DNA of 63,684 nucleotides, the filler included, from Octopus bimaculoides (taxonomy: Eukaryota): the NCBI RefSeq assembly GCF_001194135.2. It is 6 parts of 6 records of this genome, joined end to end, with 100 filler letters (N's around TTAATTAATTAA, not from the genome) between each part and the next. Parts side by side here need not be neighbours in the genome. Positions count along the whole stretch, not along the records: positions 47,331 to 53,872 come from NC_068997.1; positions 53,973 to 60,927 come from NC_068986.1; positions 61,028 to 63,684 come from NC_068987.1; 3 more parts are not named here. One strand, given 5' to 3'. Positions 51,218 to 62,964 of the stretch are shown here, in pieces; the stretch's first letter is position 1; each line of letters opens with the position of its first letter. The translations under genes were made by a program, and so were the position numbers. The notes below the pieces were generated by a model. The model searched no databases and was not told where the DNA came from. It worked only from the letters and a program-made list of their open reading frames with translations.

Positions 51218-51445
51218 TTGGGTTTTCCGGAAAGTTTGTGCCGATTTATATTAGCTTACCTTTCGACTTATTTGCCATGAAACCACTTCAATTCCGGGAA
51301 GAGGGTATTTTCAAGTTAAAGGAAAGATGGAGACGCATTGTGCAACAAAATGGTTCATATTTAGTTGATTAAAAATGTAATGGCAAATATTTATTGACCG
51401 TTTTCTTTCCCTTAAAAATCGGCACGAACTTTCTGGACAACCCAA
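51218..51445 (+). mobile_element. mariner internal-deletion derivative (MITE-like, 228 bp)
   Basis: About 30-bp TIRs ttgggttttccggaaagtttgtgccgattt and aaatcggcacgaactttctggacaacccaa, TA flanks; retains the transposase C-terminus KPLQFREEGIFKLKERWRRIVQQNGSYLVD*. Confidence 0.93.
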
Positions 51446-51621
51446 TACATGATGTGAACGATTTAGTTAACTATATTCCCTTTGCTTGACCATCATTCAA
51501 TCAAGGGGACGTGTACAAGGAATGCATTTGACACTCGGTGAAAAGAGAGGGTCTGACGTTTGGAGCATAGATCTTCATCGGAAAGGAGAAAGAGATGTGT
51601 GTAGTAACATTGCTTGTGATG

Positions 51622-51860
51622 ACGCATGGTCTAGTTGTTTCAACTCCTAGACTGGCTGGTGCGTTATGTTCTTGAGCAAAACACTTCATTTCACGTTGCC
51701 CTGCAATCACTCCGACACCTGATGCGTTGTACACCGTATACTTGTTGATGCAATGTCTATTTTATGGAGAGAGTGAGCTAATGTACAGCACATACTCTTG
51801 ATCGCTATGAACAAATAATACGTGCAGGCCTTTCGGCAAAAAGCTGAACATTCATACATC
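51622..51860 (+). mobile_element. old CORE-type SINE (family D) with deleted tRNA head
   Basis: gacgcatggtctagttg (A-box like), then tcaactcctagactgg..gttcttgagcaaaacacttcatttcacgttg (CORE-like). Confidence 0.55.
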
Positions 51861-53410
51861 AAGTTCGACGGGATAGTCCATCTGCTACAGTGATGGGAAC
51901 CTTGATCTGTATGTTCGTGCTTCAGTTGATCATCATTAAGTAAATATGTTATGCATAAGCAATATTTTATCCAGAAAGGAAAATCACAGCTAAAAGAGGT
52001 AACTCAGAATACTTAGAGTAGTCAGCGCTTTGAGTTTTATGTACAAAGTCGAATAAATTAATACTTGATTTACTGAAACCATCTGCGCTTGCCGAGCAGA
52101 TATGTACAATTGCTTGGTGGCAATAACGTCCTATGCGAAATGAGAAGGGTAGACGACTACAAATTTCAAGAATTCTCCAAAATTAGCATGCCAATAACAA
52201 AATACAATCTGATTGTCTGGAGACAGCAGGACAGATATGGAGTCTTGTTTCTACTAAAAGAGATGTTATGAGCACAACATATTTTATACACAACTATAAT
52301 TGGGAAAGGCGATAGGGTACGTCTTCTTTGAGGAGCTGTCAACAAATCGAATACATAGAAATGTGTTTATAGTTATATGCAATTTGTTATCACAAGTAAT
52401 CTCTTCTATTAGAAGAGCTTAGTTGTGAAATAGATTTAAATTTATTTGTTCGTAAGTTGTGTATAAACTATGTATTGTTTAGTTAATAATAAGACATATG
52501 AAACACAAATACGCAAATCAATTTATCTTCCATGGCAATAGCTTAATTACTCATTGTTTTATATAGAAACTAAAAGCTCTATGATATTGATTGGAGTGTC
52601 TTCTCAGAGGTGCAATCAGCAAATCGGGAAATACTCCAATAGAAGACCACAACTTCTTTCCTCCGCACATTGAAACGTCATAACCATAGATGTACACACA
52701 TATATTTTAATTAAGCTCAACTCGAGGAATTTCATGGTATCAATTTCATGCAATGAAGTTTTAAAAGAAAGAAGTTATGAGTATTTATTTCTCAAATTTG
52801 AGAGTGGTAATATAATTCTACACTTTTTTTTATATATATAGTTCTATAAGAGACTTTTGATATATGTCACCGGCATCATTGAGGTAAGGAGAAATTATCA
52901 ACGACACCGCTAATTGACACATTTGACACATTATTAATTAGCATAATAGCATAGCCTGGAAAAACATGGATTACATGGAAAAATGCGAGCAAGAGAAATA
53001 ATATTCTTAAGATTATAAAACTGGAAAAGTACAGGACAAGTTATTACACTTGGAAAAGTTCAGGTGGTGGTGGTGGTGGTGATGGTGGTAGTAGCTGTGG
53101 TAATAGAACTTTAAACCCAAAATAAGATTATTTTTACTGACTTTTCTCTTAGCAAGTATCTTCCTGTTATCGTCATCATGAAAACATTTAGTATTGTTCT
53201 TGTTCTTAGTGGTAGTGGTTGTAGTAGTAGAAATGGTACCTATAAGTATTATAATTTTTGTTTATTTAATTTGGATTGGAATTTATTAATAAGGTTCATT
53301 TCTCTGATTTTTCTCTCGATTTCACTTAGACTGTGTAGTTTGTGGAATGGAAATATAAATATTTTCCGACCACATGTTGCTAGGTGGTTACTCAAAGGTA
53401 TCTGACGGAC

Positions 53411-53481
<71 letters not shown>

Positions 53482-53872
53482 CATACACACACATTTATAT
53501 ATACATACGTTATGCTTATCTGTATATTTGTATGCGTGTTTACATGTGTGTTACTATCGTATATATGTATTTGCTCAAGTGAGTATGTATATTTCATGTG
53601 TGCATTCGCAGGCTTGGCTTTTATGCATAAAGTTTAGATGTATTTTGTCCTTATTATTTATTCTTTTTATTTTCATTCCCTCTTTTCCTTATTGTAAGAT
53701 ATTTTACTGAACGCAGTTATATTCTCTCTCTTTTTCTCTCTTTTCTATCTTTATTTTTCTCTCTCACCTTCTTCTTCCTCTATTCTACCACATTTTTCTT
53801 CCAACCACCACCTCTTATTCTTATTCTGATTTTTTTCTAATGTGTAGCAATAAAGTTGCGACTTCACAACTT

Positions 53873-53972
53873 NNNNNNNNNNNNNNNNNNNNNNNNNNNN
53901 NNNNNNNNNNNNNNNNTTAATTAATTAANNNNNNNNNNNNNNNNNNNNNNNNNNNNNNNNNNNNNNNNNNNN
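53873..53972. other. assembly scaffolding linker 44N-TTAATTAATTAA-44N
   Basis: Same 100-bp construct. Confidence 0.97.
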
Positions 53973-54033
<61 letters not shown>

Positions 54034-55124
54034 GGAGATGGATAAATCAAGACCATTCAAAATATTAAAAAAATAAAAAAGGAATATCAATTCCTTAAAA
54101 GTACATTAATATTTGAAGCGGGAATATATGTACGTATACACACGCGCGCGCACACACACACACACATATATATACATATATATATGCACGCAAACATGCA
54201 TGCACACACCTATTATGTATATGTAGAAGTATATAATATATATGTGTGTGTATACATAATATATAAATACATATATATATATATATATAAAGAAAGAATA
54301 AGATAAAAAGACCAATGGCAAAGTTAGAATTATATTTTATGTATATATATACAAACACACATATATAATGAATATAATATTGGATGTGTGTGTGTGTACG
54401 CACATGTGTATATGTGGGGGTTGTTTCATGGTAATTAAGCTGAGTAATATCTCTCATGCACTTTCTTCAGACCCGAATTACACGAATAAAATAACTTTAG
54501 GTCAGTAGATCTCAAATAGTACACCCAAAGAGGGTATCTCGGTACACCCCGATTTTTTATAAATATTATCTAAGGCTTGAAAACTCAATCTTGAGCGTTT
54601 TAAAAACGTATTAGAACATAAGTATGATTGATAAAAGAAGTGAACAATTTATTTGTATTTTTTCCCCCAAGTTTTCAAATTTCAAATATTGGTTGTAGAA
54701 GGAATAATGCTACACGAAGCAACGTTTAACAACATATATTCGTTTAAAAACATACTTAATAAGCGCGAATGTATTTGGATGTAAAAAGACCTTCCTGAAT
54801 AAAATTCTCTTCATAAACATGTGTGTATGCACATATTAGACTGTGAATAGTGTTATTTGAATGTAAGATGCGTGCATTTCTGTGGTGTTCTTAGCTGACA
54901 AAACGAAAGAACGCAGAAATTACGATCCAAAAGCGTCGTTCACAGCTCAATATGTGTTTTTTGCACGTCTAGGAAGAGAATTTTCTCCCGTGACTATTTC
55001 TGCAGCAGAAATTCTTCTCACGTCGGAAATCACTTGAATGTGTTAAACTGATCGTTGTTTTTTATCGTCCTAACCTAAGCCTACCAGTAAATTGTTTTCT
55101 TCATTTCCTGTCGTCAAAATGATT

Positions 55125-55204
55125 CATACATACATACATACATACATACATACATACATACATACGTACATACATACATACATACATACATACATACATA
55201 CATA
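55125..55204. repeat. (TACA)n microsatellite
   Basis: Directly visible. Confidence 0.95.
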
Positions 55205-55514
55205 AGTTGATTCGAAAATTATAGATCCAAGCTAATCACTGGACCTGTAAAAATCTGTAAAACTTTCCAGAAGTTTATCATTTATGTATATATGAGCACG
55301 TCTAGATATGCAGCTATATGCATACATAAAACAATACATACATAAAATACATAAACAAAACATACAAATCTGCACATATACACACATACATAAAAAAAAT
55401 ACCGTTAATGTTGTTGAAATTCCAATGAAGAAGCCTTGGATTTAGGTTAGAAAACTGGTTCTTTCTCTTGAAATAAAACTGAATAATGACATGCATACAT
55501 TTTGGAATTATCAT

Positions 55515-55737
55515 TTCATTCATACATTATTAGTACAAGGCCACAACCTTGTAGGGGTTTGTTACAATCGAATGAATAGACCAAAGTGCATTCATGGCAC
55601 ATGTCTTATCAATTTCGAGAGAACAAGATTCAACCCCTGGCGGGATTTGAACTTCAAACATATAGTAAACAAAAAACTAAATACCGTAAAAGATTTAGAT
55701 ATTTAAGCCGAGGCTCCACTCTTTCTGATATCACCCA
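55515..55737 (-). mobile_element. SINE family A, very old copy
   Basis: tacaaggccacaacc..caatcgaatgaatagacc..tcaacccctggcgggatttgaacttcaaaca..ctttctgatatcaccc. Confidence 0.6.
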
Positions 55738-55784
55738 TTATGTACACGATTGTGTGCCTGCGTTTCTGTCTGTATGTCTGTCTG

Positions 55785-55816
<32 letters not shown>

Positions 55817-55824
55817 GATGGATG

Positions 55825-55867
<43 letters not shown>

Positions 55868-55869
55868 AC

Positions 55870-56520
55870 GTGTGTTGCTTTCTCGACTGGAAAAAGACCA
55901 TTTTTGCATCAAATCATTACTAGTGATGAGAAATAGACACTCTTTGACAACAGCAGGAGAATAAGACAGTTTTTAGATGCAGGAGAGTCACCCAAACACT
56001 ATCAAAATCCCCATTGCACCCTAAAAAGTTAGTGGTCAATGTATAGTGGTCTGCAAACGGAGTTATTCATTATTCATTTTTACAAGGAAAAACGGTAACA
56101 GCAACATCGTATTGCATGAGAATTTGAAAAAGAAGTAACCCAGACTAGTAAATAGAGATGGCCCAATTTTGTACCACAACAATGCACGTCCTTACACTCC
56201 TCAAACTACGGTCCAAAAGTTGCAAAGCCTGGATTATGAGATTTTGCAACATCCACTCTATTCCCCTGATATCTCTCCTACTGATCATCACTTATTCATA
56301 AGCAATAAAACATTCTTAAAAAGAGAAAAGGTAATTGAAGTAATCGGACAGTTTATCACAGCGAAAGATGATTCTTTTTTTTAAAGATGGAATATATGAC
56401 AAAGAAAAATGGTGGTTAAATGTCATAAATGAACATGGATCATACTTTGATTAAATAAATCAGTTCTCTAACACTTCTGAAATATTTTATTGTTACCTTT
56501 CAAATACGACATTTCATGTA
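55870..56520 (+). mobile_element. decayed mariner transposase 3' half (Hsmar1/cecropia-like)
   Basis: RPFLHQIITSDEK (TGDE), HPKKLVV.V.WS..GVIHY, LYHNNARPY (HDNARPH), ILQHPLYSPDISPTDHHLF (HPPYSPDLAPSDY), ..GSYFD*; ends at a gap. Confidence 0.92.
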
Positions 56521-57309
56521 NNNNNNNNNNNNNNNNNNNNNNNNNNNNNNNNNNNNNNNNNNNNNNNNNNNNNNNNNNNNNNNNNNNNNNNNNNNNNNNN
56601 NNNNNNNNNNNNNNNNNNNNNNNNNNNNNNNNNNNNNNNNNNNNNNNNNNNNNNNNNNNNNNNNNNNNNNNNNNNNNNNNNNNNNNNNNNNNNNNNNNNN
56701 NNNNNNNNNNNNNNNNNNNNNNNNNNNNNNNNNNNNNNNNNNNNNNNNNNNNNNNNNNNNNNNNNNNNNNNNNNNNNNNNNNNNNNNNNNNNNNNNNNTA
56801 TATATATATATATATATGAATGTATATATACATACATTCATACCTATATATATAGAGAGAGAGACAGAGAGAGAGACAGATACAGAGAGAGAGACAGACA
56901 GAGAGAGAGAGAGAGACAGAGAGAGACAGAGACAGAGAGAGATAGAGACAGAGAGAGAGAGGGGAGGGAGACAGACAGACAGACAGGGAGTTAATGAAAT
57001 TTGTGCTCAAGCTAAATCATGTGTTCGTAAGGCCAAGATTCTGATGGGCAAATTAATTTCAATATCTGTACAGTATTAAACCCTAGTTCCATCTCAAGAT
57101 ATCGAGTGCTGTTCTGGCATTAATATCCATAAATCATTCGGACATAGTGTAGTATATATATTGCAAATAAAATTTAATATTTGACTCCTTAACGAATTTA
57201 TTCTTCGTGAGTGTGTGTATATTACGCACATTATCGGTTGTTCCATTTGTTCCAGTCGCGTTTCTATTTCGAAAACAACACATAACGCAGTGTTACTGTA
57301 AATTGAATC

Positions 57310-57341
<32 letters not shown>

Positions 57342-57446
57342 AGTTTATGAAACTGTATGTACATGTATAACACATATAGATGTATATGTGTGTGTGTGCA
57401 TATATATATATACATATGTGTAAATATATATATGTATATAAATATA

Positions 57447-57477
<31 letters not shown>

Positions 57478-57747
57478 NNNNNNNNNNNNNNNNNNNNNNN
57501 NNNNNNNNNNNNNNNNNNNNNNNNNNNNNNNNNNNNNNNNNNNNNNNNNNNNNNNNNNNNNNNNNNNNNNNNNNNNNNNNNNNNNNNNNNNNNNNNNNNN
57601 NNNNNNNNNNNNNNNNNNNNNNNNNNNNNNNNNNNNNNNNNNNNNNNNNNNNNNNNNNNNNNNNNNNNNNNNNNNNNNNNNNNNNNNNNNNNNNNNNNNN
57701 NNNNNNNNNNNNNNNNNNNNNNNNNNNNNNNNNNNNNNNNNNNNNNN

Positions 57748-57779
<32 letters not shown>

Positions 57780-58259
57780 ATACACGTATGTATGTATATA
57801 TGTATGTATCTATGGATGTAAGCATGTATATTTGTATACGTATCTATGTACCTATGCATATACGCAGACGCACACACATATAGAAGATAAATATTTACAT
57901 ATTTACATATGAAAGCAATTACTCTCTTTAGAAAGAATTAGAAGAAAGCAAAATACGAAATATATGGCGCACTGAAATATGCCATACATAAATTAATTGG
58001 GTTTATTTTGTAAATGCTGCATTGCAAAAAAGGAAGCAGACGACGGCCTGCTTTTATCAGCAAAATATAAGGAAAAAACATAAAAAAGAACATAACTAGA
58101 CTTGGATATAAAAAGGCAACATAACTAAAAGCAGAACCGTTCAGCATAAGAGACATATTATAAATATTTAGACTACCACAATATTGAGAACGTTGTTGAA
58201 CACAAGTTAAGCACCGGGCCAGTCTAATTGACACTATTGTTTTCATTCTTACTTAGTAC

Positions 58260-58330
58260 AGCACAACCAGCAGTCACTCACTCGCGAGGGAACGAGCGAC
58301 CGGGCGAACGAGCGAATATGGGTTGGTAGT
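58260..58330 (+). promoter_or_regulatory. CpG-rich putative TSS/5'UTR with 3-codon uORF
   Basis: Abrupt CpG enrichment (ctcgcgagggaacgagcgaccgggcgaacgagcga) in AT-rich DNA, Inr-like CAGTCA at about 58271, and uORF ATG GGT TGG TAG at 58318-58329 ending 1 nt before ATG 58331. Confidence 0.4.
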
Positions 58331-58456
58331 ATGTACCGTGCTTTCACTTGTTGCTTTTGGTGCCAATGTTGTCGCGAACAGGCATACGTGGACACTGGAT
58401 CAGCGTCTTCGTCCTCGACTCAGCATAGCATCCAGGTAGTAGCAGCCGGAGAGTGA
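58331..58456 (+). CDS. candidate Cys-cluster micro-ORF or first coding exon (MYRAFTCCFWCQCCREQAYVDTGSASSSSTQHSIQ|VVAAGE*)
   Basis: 41-codon ORF below the track cut-off; possible phase-0 donor CAG|gtagta after 58435; the Cys cluster is typical of N-terminal palmitoylation motifs. No family recognised. Confidence 0.4.
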   Translation: MYRAFTCCFWCQCCREQAYVDTGSASSSSTQHSIQVVAAGE

Positions 58457-58810
58457 GGAATAGAGAGAGGACGCTGGAAAGAGAGAGAAGCGGAGGGAGA
58501 TGGAGAAACAAAGGGGGAGAAGAGGAGGAGGAGAAAGGAGAGGGGAGAAGAAGGGGAGAGGAGAGAGGGAAAGGAGAAAGGGGAAGACGAGGAGAGGAGA
58601 GGGGGAAGAGAGAGGAGAGAAGGAGAGGGGAGATTGGATCGAGAGAGGAAGGAGCAGATTGTGAGCGGAAGGAGGGGATTGAGAGGAGAAGGAGGGGATT
58701 GAGAGGAGAAAGAGGAGATCGAGAGGGCAAGAAAGAGAGGAAGGAGAAGGGGAGAGGGAGAAAGGAGAGATGGAGAGAAGGGAGGAGAAGGGAGGAGTAG
58801 ATAGAGAGGA
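58457..58810. repeat. polypurine (GA/GGA)-rich tract
   Basis: About 350 bp, mostly A/G on the plus strand. Confidence 0.92.
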
Positions 58811-58844
58811 ATCTGCGTCAAATAAGCGAGTGGTTTTCATTTAC

Positions 58845-58945
58845 AGCTGAGTAGATTGAATTAACGTTGAAAGGAAGTGTTTTTGCTTAAAGAAAACAGT
58901 GCATCGTTTGGTTCAAGGATCGAACCCACCGTCTCACTATCATGA
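58845..58945 (-). mobile_element. CORE-type SINE fragment
   Basis: cagctgagtagattgaa..aagtgtttttgcttaaagaaaacagtgcatcg..ggatcgaacccac (B-box reverse complement). Confidence 0.6.
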
Positions 58946-59062
58946 ATACATACAAATTTGAATGTGAAGCAATGAAAAAAATAAAATATTTTCTATCTTC
59001 AGTTATTTATGAAAACGTGAACTAGTTTTTTGAAGGAAGAATTTCAATCACCTATTTAGTTC

Positions 59063-59260
59063 TCAGACAGCTCCTTCACAATGTTCATGGTCCAACATTA
59101 TTCCCGGGACCCAGTGTAGATGCTTGATATGCTTGTGCAACCTAGCGCGATGCTTTCCAGAGATCTCTCTTGGAAGATTATTCAGAGTGGAGCAGTATTT
59201 TAGAAGAGTACTTCTTTGTAAGCCTTTTCTTTGTATGATGCGGAACTTCTTTTCCATCAT
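59063..59260 (-). mobile_element. possible CR1/Jockey-like LINE ORF2 C-terminal remnant
   Basis: TLNNLPREI..RLHKHIK..VPG loosely matches LFN.LP..IR..FK..LD..L..VPD; weak. Confidence 0.3.
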
Positions 59261-60067
59261 GTTCCTTGCTTGTTTACTATCCAGCCCTTAAAATTTTTGA
59301 CATTATCACCAGGACAGTCTTATAGCAAACAAGTACCAAAAGGATAAAAAAATAGAACTGAATAGAACTGTTTCGGCGGCTCTATTTGCAAAAGTTTTAT
59401 TTCAGTTGGAAGCGATGAGCAACTATCAGTTGATATTGAGTGCAGAAATGTCAGAATAAGACAGATGTGACACATTCAACGGCCTATCTCAAGAAATGTC
59501 AATGAAATGTTTCAATTAAAGTTTCATTGTTGATCGATTTGTGCTGACAAGTCCATATTTGTCTCATGTATAGTATGGTCATGTGTTGGGAAAAACAGAC
59601 ATCTTTTCATCAGAGCACTTATACTTCAATGCAATTATTATTTTACGTCTTCCAAATAAAATGAGAATTAAAAGAAAATATATAATGTAACAAACAAAGA
59701 GATTATTTTCTTAAGCAACGAAAGATTCCGTAATAGAAACCTTAAAACATTGCCACATCAGAAATATCTAGAAATATTCTACTTTAGACATGCACATGTA
59801 TGACAATAGCATAAATATAATTACATACAAAATGTCCTCCATAAAATCTTGAGTAATACAAGATTAAAAAATAAATATATGTGTTTTCTACATATACAGC
59901 ACTAAGGTAACGTTGGGTAATTCAGCCATTCTGTCTGTCTATCTGTTTCTTTGTCTCCCCTTCTCTCTCTCTCTCTGTCTGTTGGTATGTATGTATATAT
60001 GTATGTATGTATGTATGTATGTGTATATATATATAGAGAGAGAGAGATAGATCGATAGCTAGATACA

Positions 60068-60102
<35 letters not shown>

Positions 60103-60141
60103 TCATATATATATACATATATGTATATTCATATGTAAATG

Positions 60142-60194
<53 letters not shown>

Positions 60195-60198
<4 letters not shown>

Positions 60199-60429
60199 AA
60201 TAATAAGCAACACGGATTTCAAAAGTGATTGCAGTACGCACGTTTCATGCTACTTCAATTTATTTAAGTAATGTGAGCATTACAAATGCAATATGAAGAG
60301 CAATCTTCAGCTGAAGATTGCTCTTCATATTGCATTTAAGGTAATGCTCACATTACTTAAATAAATTGAAGTAGCATGAAACGTGCGTACTGCAATCACT
60401 TTTGAAATCCGTGTTGCTTATTATTTGAT
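60195..60429. repeat. spacerless about 235-bp palindrome
   Basis: Axis between 60310 and 60311 (cttcag|ctgaag); 116 and 119-bp arms identical except one 3-nt indel. Confidence 0.95.
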
Positions 60430-60851
60430 TTTAATCACCCATCCTTTTGGGATGTGATAATCGGTGCCTTCGCATAAGTACCATATTCAAGCCTTGAATC
60501 TATATCTAAACCGTATATAGATATATATGTATGTATGTATATACACATATATATATGCAAATATATATATATATATACACACAAATACATATGTATATAT
60601 ATATGTATATATTATATCATGTTTTTATGAGTGTGTTTGTGTATGTGTGTGCTTGTGTGTTCGTGTCATAGTTATGTGTTCTCATACCAAAGCTTTCTAT
60701 TATTTCTCGAGGGAGATGAGCACAGGGTATGACATAGGCTATGACAAACATCTAGTCTACTTGAGTGAACTCTCTTATATACTTAAGTTCTCATTATCAC
60801 CTTTCTGTCATTTCCCACGTTGCTAAGAAACTATAACACACAGATACATAC

Positions 60852-60927
<76 letters not shown>

Positions 60928-61027
60928 NNNNNNNNNNNNNNNNNNNNNNNNNNNNNNNNNNNNNNNNNNNNTTAATTAATTAANNNNNNNNNNNNNNNNN
61001 NNNNNNNNNNNNNNNNNNNNNNNNNNN
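60928..61027. other. assembly scaffolding linker 44N-TTAATTAATTAA-44N
   Basis: Same 100-bp construct. Confidence 0.97.
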
Positions 61028-61029
61028 CC

Positions 61030-61163
61030 TTTATTCTTTTAGTCATTTGACTGCAGCCATGCTGGAGCACTGCCTTTTAGTTGGAGATATCATCCCCAGG
61101 ACATATTTTTCTAAGCTAAGTTACGGAACGTAAACACACCAGCATCGGTTGTCAAGTGATGGC
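61030..61163 (-). mobile_element. SINE family B 3' fragment
   Basis: agtcatttgactgcagccatgctggagcactgcc..gctaagttacggaacgtaaacacaccagcatcggttgtcaagtgatgg. Confidence 0.9.
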
Positions 61164-61529
61164 GACCATATCACTCCTAACATCTGGCCACCTAACTCCC
61201 CAGAGTGCAACCTCCTTGATTATTATGTTTGGGGCGCAGTTGAGCGGGAGACCAACAAAACTCCTTGTAACACCAAAGATGAACTGAAGGCAAGGATTAT
61301 GGTAGCATTCACCAACTTAAACAAGGAGACCGCCCAGAAGAGCTGCAGGAGATTCGGAAGTCATCAGGAGGCCATGGTTGAAGCCAATGGCGATTTTATT
61401 GAATAAATTTACTCTTTAGTATTTCAAGATATTTTTATGTAATTTTGGTAGATATCTCTGTGAAAATAAGATGTCAGTGTTATTTTCACTTTTGCATAAT
61501 TTAGCCGACAGTTTATTCACCGCACCCTC
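61160..61529 (+). mobile_element. Tc1/mariner (maT/D,D37D-like) transposon 3' end
   Basis: DHITPNIWPPNSPECNLLDYYVWGAVERETNK..KDELKARI..NGDFIE* (WPP.SPDLNPLDY..W motif with terminal D); ends caccgcaccctc followed by TA. Confidence 0.9.
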
Positions 61530-61779
61530 TATATAGACATATATACATACATACATACATACATACATACATACATACAAATATATGCTTATATTTGCAT
61601 GCATATACCTGCATATATATGCATACATATGAATATAAGCCTGTATATATATACATGCGTACATAGATATACCTACACTCACACATATTCATCAAATACC
61701 TCGAGAATGTATTTTCGTACAGAAACTTAATTCTCAGCACCTTACAATCTTTACTACACAGACATGCTGCTCCCTCCTA

Positions 61780-62060
61780 CTTCCCACTTAACTGCTACTA
61801 TCACGTCCTCTGTTCCTCCGAACTAAACATATATATACTACTTATACCTTACTACTCGACGCATCCGCGGCATTTGTAGTTCTCAATATCAACTCATACT
61901 TCCACGATCTACACAAACTAATGAACCAAATCCTTTTTGCCTTGAAGATCAAACGAAACCGCCCGGAAGTCCCTTTTTTTGTGCCCTTGTTTCTTCTAAT
62001 AAGCACCGACCTACATTTGCTTCAAAGTTGACCGTATCAATGTGACCAGTGTATGTAGGC
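61780..62060 (+). mobile_element. possible CR1/L2/Jockey-like LINE ORF2 end
   Basis: TRRIR..YQLILPRS and FKV.DRINVTSV resemble TR.TR..H.F.V.LP..RT and FK..INRIDLTS at the end of APE-type LINE ORF2; heavily decayed. Confidence 0.35.
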
Positions 62061-62380
62061 CTTGCAAAGGTTAAGGACGTTGACCACTTCGTCCTTACTA
62101 AGGCCATGCAAAAACAGCATGGCTCTTAAAGTGGTCATTAAAGGTGCTTTGGTACAGCTGAATGAGTGACCAGTGTGTATACATNNNNNNNNNNNNNNNN
62201 NNNNNNNNNNNNNNNNNNNNNNNNNNNNNNNNNNNNNNNNNNNNNNNNNNNNNNNNNNNNNNNNNNNNNNNNNNNNNNNNNNNNNNNNNNNNNNNNNNNN
62301 NNNNNNNNNNNNNNNNNNNNNNNNNNNNNNNNNNNNNNNNNNNNNNNNNNNNNNNNNNNNNNNNNNNNNNNNNNNNNNNN

Positions 62381-62426
<46 letters not shown>

Positions 62427-62767
62427 TGTATGTATACATACATATATGTCTTTGTATTACGTATATACTCATACATATATATATATACACACCACTTGAA
62501 AGTTATCAATCGACAGATGTTGCGTGAGTATGCGCACGCGCACATACACAAACTTATGTATACATACGTAAAGTTATAGGTATACGCAAACTATAAGTGC
62601 TAACTACATTCATATATATTTATATATATATATACACACACATACACAAATATATATTTATATATATACATACATACACATCTACATACATACATATACA
62701 TAAGCATAGAAACACACATATATGCACGCACACATAGGTGTACTCACACATTAATGTATATTATATA

Positions 62768-62964
62768 AGGCGGCGAGCTGGCAGAAACGTTAGCACGCCG
62801 GGCGAAATGCTTAGTTGTATTTCGTCTGTCTTTACGTTCCGAGTTCAAGTTCCGCCTCATCCTTTCCGGGTCGATAAATTAAGTACCAGTTGCTTATTGG
62901 GGGTCGATCTAATCGACTGGCCCCTTCCTCAAAAAATTCGGGCCTTGTGCCTAGAGTAGAAGAG
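62768..62964 (+). mobile_element. SINE family A, young copy with 18-bp TSD
   Basis: ATTAATGTATATTATATA at 62750-62767 and 62965-62982; intact head, about 20-bp internal deletion after ttccgcc. Confidence 0.95.

Noticed and set aside
52089-52271. 60-aa protein-like ORF
   Set aside because: Non-ATG start, no convincing splice sites and no recognisable family.
54503-54600. hAT-like terminus cagtagatctcaaa
   Set aside because: No matching opposite TIR or 8-bp TSD found.
62032-62100. C2H2 zinc-finger remnant PYQCDQC
   Set aside because: In-frame stop, no His pair, and the second CDQC-like copy is 124 nt away rather than 84 nt.
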